Assembly: GCA_028534125.1 (NCBI GenBank)
Contig: CM052816.1
Coordinates: 65,906,001-65,970,000, forward strand
Direction: 5' to 3'
Length of the DNA: 64,000 bases
DNA from: Lama glama
Lineage: Eukaryota
Shown in pieces: positions 12,999 to 22,712 of the stretch (positions are counted from its first letter, which is position 1; each line of letters opens with the position of its first letter). The notes under the pieces are model-generated. The model made no database searches. It saw nothing but the letters and a program-made list of their open reading frames with translations, and was not told where the DNA came from. Made by a program: the position numbers and the translations under genes.

Positions 12999-13739
12999 GT
13001 TCATGGTCCCAGTTATGAAAGTCTATGCTTTCCCAAGACCATTTTGTCTTTAGTCAGGATTATGTACAATACCATTTCAAGGAAATACACAAAATATCTT
13101 TATTCTTCAAACTCATTGTGAAGTGCATCCTGCAGCAATTTGACAGTCCATCCCAATGTCTTAAAACATTTGAAGGATAATTTACAAGCATGTGTAATTC
13201 ACCCAGTCTAAGAAATCACAAAGGAAACGATCAATGGGCCCATAACACAATGAGACGTGAGCTGTTTGGTGTGGGTATTTACATCTTTGTTTTTATTCTC
13301 TGATCTATTTCTGAAGAATTGTGAAAGAATGTGATTATCTATGACCATCATAGGCTAATGTCTTAATCCTTGCTTTATCCTGGTAGAACTGAAGAAAGGG
13401 TATCTATCCAGGCCACGTGGCCCTCTGAACCCCTCCTCTGTTCTCGTCCACTCCCATTAAAGTAGAAAACCCTCTGTTTGGATCATTGAGGTTGGAAACT
13501 GAGTGATATCACTTCTCCAAAATAGATTTAATAGTATGGCTTGGTGAATTGTTTCCTGACCTGTTTGAGGAGAGTCCAGACCCAGAGAAAAACATGATGT
13601 ATGAGTTTTGTATTCATTAGTGGAAAAGGATCAGATTTAGGTTATATATTTAAAGGCAAATTTAGTAGAGTTATTACAGGTTTTGTTTTCAGTTATTAGA
13701 AACTTGCCTAGACTTAATCTTCTTAAGATATGATATTTA

Positions 13740-13901
13740 TTTTTTATTTTATTTATTTTTTGAGGGGGAGGTGGGTGATGAAGTTTAGTTATTTATTTTT
13801 AATTAAGTTAATTAGTTTTTTTCTTAATGGAGGTACTGGGGCTCAAACCCAGGACCTCATGCATACTAAGCATCTGCTATATCACTGAGTTATATCCTCC
13901 C
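13740..13901 (-). mobile_element. Camelid tRNA-derived SINE (vic-1 type)
   Basis: Reverse-strand tRNA-like head and T-rich tail. 19-bp TSD tcttaagata(t/c)gatattta at 13721-13739 and 13902-13920. Confidence 0.9.
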
Positions 13902-14376
13902 TCTTAAGATACGATATTTAAACAGTATTTTCACAAATAATTTATTATTCATTAATCCTTTTTCATTCAGTTAAGCCATTTGGGAATCAATTTTTAATAA
14001 GTCTAAATACATAAATAGCTGGAATGAGATTGAGAACCACATTTTAAAAACTCAGCTTTCAAAAAGGAAATCATAGTTTCCGTGGAGACAGGTGTGGTTT
14101 CAGGCACACCCCTCCCAGGCCTTCAAAGTGATTCTAATACCCTGCCTGGCAGAATCACTTATTTGGAAGGATGAACATGTGCAAATAGCAAGAAAAGTTC
14201 TGAAAAATATGAGCAAGCTTTGGAAATTTGGGCTATTGAAAAAAAAGAGAGAAAAAAATGAAGAAAAAACTAACCTGTAATAATAATTCTACTTTTAAGA
14301 AAATATATGGTACTCTGTTTTCATTTTCAGCCATTCCATTTGTTTTTCCTGTCCTGTCCTGTTCTATCATTGCCTC

Positions 14377-14596
14377 CAATGCAGGTTTACTGTGAAGCTA
14401 ATGGAGATCAAGCTTAATGCCCCTCACTGGCCTGTCCTGTTCCAAGTTATATATGGGAGGGCTACTAGCCATTGCACATAGTCACAGGTTATGTAAAATT
14501 TGCAAAAGGAAGGTTTTCTTGATGCTATTTTTCTCAAAGCAGACTCTCAAAATTGTATAAACTTCATTTGCCACAAAGTCTGGATCCCACCCCCTG
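14377..14596. mobile_element. hAT-type non-autonomous DNA transposon relic (Arthur1-like)
   Basis: tttactgtgaagctaatg...gcccctcact at the start and aaaattgtataaacttca...ctggatcccacccctg at the end. The family name is from memory only. Confidence 0.45.
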
Positions 14597-14879
14597 ATTC
14601 TATGGCTGATTGGAGGTCAGACAGGGGGATTTGTAAGAAAACTTCTATTAAAAATTTTTTTAAGTCTTTTAACACCCTAGCCTTTTACGTGTCTTTCCAG
14701 ATGATTCCTTCAAATGAGCTAATCAACCTCATTAGTTCTTTCTTTAAAAATGTGACTGATTCCTGGCTGAAATAAATAATAATAAAAATAAAAGTTCATT
14801 TGGAGTAGAACCACACAGGTAACCATGCTAAATAACAACCAGGCTCTAGTAAGTGGCTCTGCATCTAAAGATATTGATA

Positions 14880-15115
14880 CATTCATAATACAAATATTAA
14901 TTTAGTAACTACTATGTGCCAGACACTATTCTAGGTGCTGGGGCTGTGTTAATGAATGAAGCAGATACAAATCTCTGCACTTATAAAGCTTACATTCTAA
15001 TGAGGAGAATAAGATAAAATAAGTGACTCAAGCTGATCAGAGGCAGATGAGTGCTATGCAGAAAAAGTAAGAAGGAAAGGAGGCTAGAAAAGTCTAGGAG
15101 ATTAGGGCGATGATT
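14880..15115 (-). mobile_element. L2 3' end fragment
   Basis: caaatatt...actatgtgccagacactattctaggtgctgggg...aagcttacattctaatgagga. Confidence 0.65.
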
Positions 15116-15119
15116 TTAT

Positions 15120-15476
15120 CTTTTTTTTAATGGAAACTTAATTTTTTTCTAGCTTTATTGAGATATCACAGACATAAAAACATTGTGTAAGTTTAAGGTG
15201 TACAATATAGTGATTTTATATATGTATATATTAAAAAAGGTTTACCACAATAAGATTTTATTACATTTAGCACCTCATATAGTAACAGCTATTTGTGTGT
15301 ATATGTGGGGTGAGAACTTTTAAAATTCACTCTCAGCAACTTTCAAATTTACAGCATTGTTAACTATAGTTAACTATAGTCACCATGTTGTAAGTTACAT
15401 CTCTGAACTTACTCATCTTATAACTGGAAGTTTCTACCATATCCCTCTGTGTCTATGAGTTTGTTTGTTTAGATTT
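15120..15476 (-). mobile_element. Old L1 3' UTR (L1MA9-like)
   Basis: ctttattgagata...gtaagtttaaggtgtacaa...ggtgagaac...ctctcagcaactttcaa...ttaactatagtcaccatg...cttactcatcttataactggaagttt is typical of L1MA 3' ends. The subfamily name is from memory. Confidence 0.75.
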
Positions 15477-15974
15477 CATTTGTCATTTGTGGACTTCTGA
15501 ATGANNNNNNNNNNNNNNNNNNNNNNNNNNNNNNNNNNNNNNNNNNNNNNNNNNNNNNNNNNNNNNNNNNNNNNNNNNNNNNNNNNNNNNNNNNNNNNNN
15601 NNNNNNNNNNNNNNNNNNNNNNNNNNNNNNNNNNNNNNNNGTCTTCTGCCCATTTTTGGATTGGGTTGTTTGTTATTTTCGTATTAAGTTGTATGGGCTG
15701 TTTATATATTCTGGAAATTAAGCTCTTGTCAGTTGCATCTTTTGCAAATATTTTCTCCCATTCCATAGGTTGTCTTTTCGTTTTGCTGATGATTTCCTTT
15801 GCTGTGCAAAAGCTTATAAGTTTAATTAGTTCCCGTTTGTTCATTTTTGTTTTTATTTCTATTGCCTGGGTAGACTGTTCTAGGAAAACATTGCTAAGAT
15901 TTATGTCAGAGAATGTTTTGCCAATGTCTTCTTCTAAGAGGTTTATAGAGTCTTGTCTTACGTTTAAGTCTTTA
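15477..15974 (-). mobile_element. Internal L1 ORF2 fragment (C-terminal region), interrupted by an N gap
   Basis: Translates LIKLISFCTAKEIISKTKRQPMEWEKIFA...LISRIYK...NNPIQKWAED[gap]IQKSTNDK, classic L1 ORF2p sequence. Confidence 0.93.
15505..15640. other. Assembly gap (136 N)
   Basis: Run of n characters. Confidence 1.
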
Positions 15975-17253
15975 TGGTTTACTAAAGTTTAGATCTAATA
16001 AACATCTTTCAGAAAAATCATCCTTTTGCCATCTCGTTTGGCAAAACCCTACTAAACAAGTCCAGCTTGTCCCGTCTGGCTTCCAGTCCAAACATCAAAC
16101 TCATGCCATCATTTTCATTTTGAATCTCTTTATTTGCCCTCTGTTACCTGGGAGTGTCAGTGACATGTCAGAAGCAAAAGCTGTGTTACCTGAGATCACC
16201 TGACGTTTTTATTCATGAATAAGCATATACCTTTCCCCTTTGTTCCAGGCTTTTGTTTATAAAAATCATCTGTGAAAACAAAGGATAAAATTGCAGGTCC
16301 TCCATACAAATATATATACTATGCAAAATAACATGCATACAGTCACTTAACGCTGTAATCCACTAATATGAACTTGCTAAATAGGCTGCATTCTCGGGGT
16401 ATCCTATTTAAATGCGAGATGCAGTTTTTTGATTGATTGGGAAAGATCACCATACTTGTGTATCACTGTAAAGTCCTGTTTTCTGCAGTCTCATCTGATC
16501 TGAGCAAAGGAAAGAATAAAATGAGGAACTCTGGGCAGCAGTATTTTCCTTAATCCAGAGAAGCTCTTTGATCTGCAGGGAAACCTTGAATGGAAAATAT
16601 CACTGGCATTAATTAGAAACAGGTTTCATAGCCATGTGGTATTAATAACAGTGGATATAATATTTATCACAGAAAGAAAAAATATTTTTGAAGAAATGAT
16701 CCAACTCTGCTTACACTTCATTAAGCTTGAGGAGAAATCATCCCCCTCATCCTGAATGGTAAAGCACCAAAATGGATTCCATTGTACAGCCAATGGCATG
16801 GGGTGCCATATACACAGAAGAGTCAGGCACAGGAAAATAATTGTGACTGTAGGTCACCAAGGTATACCCGGTGGCTGGGGACCTGAGGTCTGAAGGACTG
16901 TTTCTGCTCATTATATTCAGCTGGATCTCAGGTTGTTGGGATCCCCATGCCTTCCACGTTCCTAACAGAAAATTGTTCTTTCTCCTTGGTGAGGAATATC
17001 TAGAGAAAAATCAATAGTCTCCACCCTCTCCCTGGATGTTATCGCTGGAATTATAGAGTGGGGTGGAAACAGCAAGTTAAGTTGTAAAAGCAGCTTAAGT
17101 TGTAAGAGCAGCCTGGCTCCAGCATCTGTCACCTTGTTGATTGCCAAGGTTGATTCCAGTGGTTTGACTGATCAGCCCTTCAGTTCCCTTCCTCTCCCAT
17201 CAGTCCCTGTAGGTTCTTCCCAACATAGTGTGCTCAGGTACAGAGAACCTCCT

Positions 17254-17404
17254 GGATGGAAAGTCCCCCTCAAAGAAGAAAAGTAATAGCAATAAAAATG
17301 GCAAGAGCTGCCAAATATTGATAACGTACGGATGGAAAGTCCCCCTCAAAGAAGGCGAGTAATAGCAATAAAAATGACAAGAGCTGCCAAATATTGATAA
17401 CGTA
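17254..17404. repeat. 75-bp tandem duplication (period 76)
   Basis: 17254-17328 and 17330-17404 differ at 4 positions. Confidence 0.95.
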
Positions 17405-18849
17405 TTAGCTGCCAGGCAGTGTGCTTGTTGCTTCCCAAACATTTTATAGGGCATTATGATGGCCCTCAAGCTAGGCCAGGTACTGTAATGATCCTTATCA
17501 GGAAGTGGAGGCTAAGAACAGTACAGTAACTACCCTAGAGTCAAGTGGCAGAACCATCATTTGAAATTTTAACCACATTTTCTAACTCCCAAGTGAATGT
17601 CTTAGGGCTATTTGTGGTATCTCCCCACCTCCCAGCGGAAAGATCTCTATGCACCATTGTTCTTAATACACAGAGACAGAAGCAGCTCTCAGATGCTCCT
17701 GGCATTAGTGAAGGCTTCCAGGGCTCTCACCAGCCTTCAGCAGCTGCCATGCTCTCTCCAGGGTCTTCCCCGTGGGAGTTCATCTCAGATGCTTTGGTGA
17801 TGACAACTGTTGATTGGGGCTCCCTGCAGCTGCTCTCCTGGAGTCCTCATGTGTCTCGCCTCCATCAAGCTCCGCATTGGGGGTCAGTGTTGAGTATGAG
17901 GTCCTGGCGGCCAGGTCAGATGAGATGAGTTTTTTACCCAGGACAATAGCAGGACCATGGCTCAGAAGAGAATCCACATCGTGGTTAATAAGAAATGCCA
18001 AATGTTTAAACCAGAGAAGCGGGGTCTAGCTTCAGTATAAAAGGATGAGAAATGACCCTAAGCAGACAGATGATTATGGAGTCAGTAGGCACAGGGTATA
18101 GGAGCAGTGGAGGAGGCTGAATGGAAGGTGAACCAGAACACATAGTCCAGTGATTCCACTGACTTGGAACAGCGTGGAGAGCTGGGGAGCAGTTTTGTTG
18201 GTTTGTCAGTTTGCCTGTTTTCTGTTTGGTTTTTGTTGAGGAGCAAGTTCCACAGAAAGGGACGCGCCTGTGGAATGAATGGTCCTGAGAAGTGCCGGAT
18301 GCACACAGCCGCAACAGTTCTGGTTGCAGTGGGCTGGCAGGACCATTACTCTTAACCACCCCCACTGGGGACAATGCATGATTGCTTTTCCACTAGTGCC
18401 TTCTGGGTGAAAGCCAGCTCGGTTCAGGAGAGTGTGCATCGGGGAACTGCATTTAGATCAGCAAACATGTGGAATAAAGGAGCATCTCACTTAGTTCCAT
18501 TTGCTAAGACCTTCTGCCAGCTCGCCAACCCCCCTTATTCCCAGTGACTCTCGGACTCTGTGAAGAAACCCACCAAATGGGTCTCAGCAGAGGCTCTTTT
18601 GCACCTTATCGTTACATTTGAAACTGGAAAAATAGGGGATTTGGCAAGTGCCAAAACTTGCAGTCATATAAAGACCAAGTCCCAGAAGTAGCCTTGGCAG
18701 GCCTGATCCATAAATTAATCAGAATGCTACCTTCAAACAGTTAACACTGGAAGTTCTATCCAGGTGAAGAAGCTAAGAGGTATCTTTTGTATTTTGTAAT
18801 GAGTAGTAGGAGGCTTGGCAATAGGGACATAAATACAGAGGTTATTCTC

Positions 18850-19085
18850 CCAGACTCTGGAATCAGACAGCTTGAGTTTAAAACCCACTGACAAACTGTC
18901 GAACTTGTTACTTTACATTGAGCAACTTCTTTATGACTCTGACTCCTCAATGGTCAGTTGGAAAATATGTGCTAACTTCAAAGGGTTATTGGGGGGGACT
19001 CAATGAGATAATGGTATGTAAAGCACACAGCACAATTCCTGGCACATGGAAAGTGTTCCAAAAGTTTTATTATAATTATTATCAT
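18850..19085 (+). mobile_element. MIR SINE
   Basis: gactctggaatcagacagcttgagtttaaa ... aatgagataatggtatgtaaagcacacagcacaattcctggcacat. Confidence 0.75.
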
Positions 19086-19520
19086 TATACTTAGACATTA
19101 TCACTCACCTCAGTTCTTTACTTACTTTCCCAGGCTTCTGCTCATCTTAGACTCCATGTAATTGACAGTGAGTCAAAAGAGTATTCACTTGTTTGCCAAA
19201 GAATGTGTTTGGCAAATTCACAACTGATCTCTTTGGTACCAGCGTCTAACTCCTCATCACCTTCTTGTTTTATTAATAGTTCTGTGACATTGACAGTTTC
19301 TCAAGTTACGTTTCAAAAATAAGTAGCTTATTTGAAGCCATCCGTATTTTCAGCCAAAACTCTGTTAATTTACTATCCACTGAATGAAGAAATACTGCCT
19401 TGATTTGTCCCGAGTATAACCTCTCCCGAGGGAAACTCCTTAGTTCTAATATTTGAACTGAAGAGTTTTTGTTTTTAAGTAAATATCTACACTATTTACT
19501 TTAAGTAAATATCTACACTT

Positions 19521-19571
19521 TGGCCGCCAGGACCTCATACTCAACACTGACCCCCAATGTGGAGCTTGATG
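19521..19571 (-). repeat. 51-bp inverted copy of 17863-17913
   Basis: The reverse complement matches at 50/51 positions. Confidence 0.95.
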
Positions 19572-19781
19572 TCAAAGTGTAGATATTTCAGTTCGTAAAT
19601 CAGTTCGTAAAGCAAATACTAATATTTCTTAGGCTAATAGAATTTTATCAATACTTAGTAATCATTTCCTGTAGATGGTGAGGTTTTATTTTTTGGTATA
19701 GTATTTAAGAGGTTGTTTTCATGAGTATTTAAGAAAGATAGTTTTGGCCTTTTATTCACAGTGGATTTTCCTTAAGAAAAT

Positions 19782-19817
19782 GATCTCCATCTAGTGGACA
19801 AAGTATTATAGTGCAGC
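19782..19817 (-). promoter_or_regulatory. Candidate CTCF site with upstream motif
   Basis: The minus strand reads gCTGCACTAtaatacttTGTCCACTAGATGGaGatc: an imperfect core plus a TGCA-type upstream module at plausible spacing. Motif evidence only. Confidence 0.45.
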
Positions 19818-22520
19818 CTACGAAGAAAAACATGAAAGCCCGTAAAGCGGTCCTGTATCAAGCATTTTATGACCTATTAATAAATGTTTGGCTTTAATAG
19901 GTAATATTACTGCAAAAATGTTAAATATTTTAAGATATTTAGCAGTATTTGTTCCAAAACTGATAGCGGAGAATTTTTTTAAGACTTGCTTAAATTAATT
20001 GGGAAGATTATAATAAATAAAAAATAAAAATTACTGATTTGGGGAGTGCTATTGGTATTTCCTCTATTTCCTCATTTAAACTGAGAAAAACTAAACCAAA
20101 AAATCATGCTTCTGTATCTCCTATATTTTTGTTTCTGCATAGCAAAAAAAAGCATACTTTTTTTTTTTGAACAGTAAGGCCATTTTGATATTGAAGGGAA
20201 ATCGACATGAAGACTTTTTTATGTGTTCACATTATGATGGCCTCGTGCTGAAGAGCTATCATGACGGTCTACTTGGAACAGAACTGTCCCCTTATCCTCC
20301 CCTTATGCAGAGGTCTTTAATGTCTTTCAAGGGTATACTGAATGCCTTCAAAAGCCCTTTTAAAACACTATTCTTCTATGAAGATTTCTCAGCTATCGCA
20401 GTCTGGATTAATCTCATCTCCTTTATTTTCATGTCCCAGTGTGCTCATAGTAGGTGCTTAATAAATGCATATTTAGTTAAGCATATCCAAGAAGAGCTTG
20501 CTAGAAATCGGGAATAAGTCTCTTTAGTGAGTAAAGATCCCTTCCCTCCGGCCTTCCTCAGGATTGCCAAAAGTCCCAGACACATGAAGTGGCTGTCCGC
20601 GTGGAACAGATGTCCCCTGTTTGGTGTCACAGTTGCTAATCCACCTTTGTGGTTCACATACTTGTGCTTTAGAGCTGAGAGAACTTCAGGAATAGTAGAC
20701 GATTAAATCCAGTGAGCTCAGTCCCTTTGGTCAGTTAACCTTTCTAGGAGCTGGTATCCTTGTCTGTAAAATGAGTCTGTTTAAGTAGTTCAATTCTCAA
20801 TGTCTTTTAAGGGCCAAATGAATACATCTATAGAGTGACAAAATTCTAAGAAAATTTTCAATTGAAAACATGTTTATGACTGGCCAAGCTAGAATTTTTC
20901 CCTTTCTTTTCTCTTTCTTTTTTTTTTTTTTTCTTAACTAGATGGATTGATTTGGAGTCAATGTTCTAATCTGGCCAAATATTCATAGTTGATTCATGAA
21001 ACATCAAGTCTCTAGATGATCCTTCCTCTGTGACTGGCAATCTTTGGGTCATAACATTATTTATTAATAACTCCAGTAGAAAAAGTAAATGAATATTTAA
21101 AAGTTAGCTAGTTAATAGTTTGGATAAAGGCTGTAATGGGGAAAGTGTTGATAACCACTGAGCTTGAATTCATTTGTTTATTTATTTATTCAACAATCTT
21201 ATAAACCACAGACTTGCTGAGCTGTCCTGGGCTGTCACCCTCACCCTCCTCTTATAAGAACACAGGAGAGTTGACTTTATTTTAGTACTGGTTGATGTTT
21301 GACTCGAAAAGCTCTTCGTAGAAAGTTTACCTGGATTATAAAGACTGCAATGTTAAGAACTGCATGTTTGGTTCTTTTTGTCCCAAAAATGTAAAATCTG
21401 TATCGCCAAGCATCATGCCTTTCATTCATTCGCTCATTATTTCGAACTGCTTTGTAAAGTTTTCTGAATTGCCATGTAAAGTGCCGAGAACACCCAGAGC
21501 CTCCATTCTCAGAGAGCTCACAGTCTAGGATGGAGACCAAGTGGTGTGCATTTCCAGTTCATTGTAGATGCTACCAGTCGGGAGTAGGGAAGTATCTTGG
21601 GAGTACAGAGAAAGGGCATCTCATAAAGCTCTGGGTGTCAGGGCAGCATTTCACATGAAGGCTAAGTCCTCAAGGATGAATAACAATTAGGTGGGGAATT
21701 GGAGGGTTGAGTAATTAGGGAGCAAAAGGTTAGGTAATGAAACCCTGAGATAAGGAGATGGTGATTCATCCCAAGGGAGCATCAAGTGCCTGATAGAAGA
21801 GTGTTGCATGTTGAATTTGGGAAATGGGTTCATTGCAATGCGAATGGATTCGTAAGATTCTCTCAGTTCAGCCAAGAAATTTGAACTTTATCATGAGGAC
21901 AATAGTGAGCTACTGAAAGGTTTTAAACTGATGAATTACATAGTCAGGTTTATTATATTTTAAGAACAATCACTCTTGGGACAGGGTGGAAAATGGGTTC
22001 AAAGGACTAATTTAAAGGCTCTTATAATAACGTAGGTGAGCGCTGGTAGAATCCTGAACTTAATAGATTGGCAGTGGGGATAGAAGGAAGTGGATACAAC
22101 AGAAATTAGTGATTGATAGATGTCGGTGGGAATGGAGGAGTCCAGGTTTTGGGAAACAAGGATATTAGGCATATAATGGGCACCTGTTGAATTGAACCCA
22201 AATATTTAGTGAATTGCTATGTAAAAGGAAGTCTATACTTAGGAAAACTAGTCTTTGCAGAATGGCTCCTTTTTAAGGAAGCTTGAGTTCAAAGAGTCCT
22301 TTGTATTTTGTATCTGGTGGATTAAAAAAAGTACTCAAGAGCTTAGGAAGACAAGCCAGTGTGGTTTTTTCCTTTTGTGTATTTCGATATTATTGTTTTT
22401 TAACAGCAGGAATCAGTTGTATGTTTTCCTACTTTCAATTCCTGAACTGAAATATCCTTTTTCTAAAATATCAACATACAAAGGTTCACAGCAATGTCTT
22501 TCCTTTTCCTTCATTTACAG

Positions 22521-22712
22521 TTTTGATGTGGACAATGGCACATCTTCGGGACGGAGTCCCTTGGATCCCATGACCAGCCCAGGATCTGGGCTAGTTCTCC
22601 AAGCAAACTTTGTCCACAGTCAACGTCGGGAGTCCTTCCTGTATCGATCTGACAGCGATTATGACCTCTCACCAAAGTCTATGTCCCGGAACTCCTCCAT
22701 TGCCAGTGACAT
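22521..22712 (+). CDS. PDE4D: PDE4D internal coding exon (192 nt, phase 2-2), N-terminal part of UCR1 including the PKA site RRESF
   Basis: Acceptor tccttttccttcatttacag|, donor at|gtaagt. Translates (x)[63 protein letters not shown](I). The motifs VDNGT, PMTSPGS, QANFVH, PKSMS and IASDI match PDE4D rather than PDE4A/B/C as I recall them. PKA Ser codon at 22633-22635. Confidence 0.97.

Noticed and set aside
19507-19588. Novel MITE or Pack-type element (16-bp inverted repeats around captured DNA)
   Set aside because: The inverted repeat derives from the adjacent flank, which is also tandemly duplicated. There is no TSD and no second copy in the window, so a repair-synthesis origin is simpler.
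22255-22520. 5' part of the 153-aa ORF 22255..22716 as a novel PDE4D N-terminus
   Set aside because: It starts at TTG, is AT-rich, and ends in a strong polypyrimidine tract plus AG at 22520. It is intron that happens to be open in frame.
1-22520. Isoform-specific PDE4D first exon (for example D3, D8 or D9)
   Set aside because: I recognised none of the known N-terminal peptides and no CpG-island promoter. They probably lie upstream of the window, though a short exon could have been missed.
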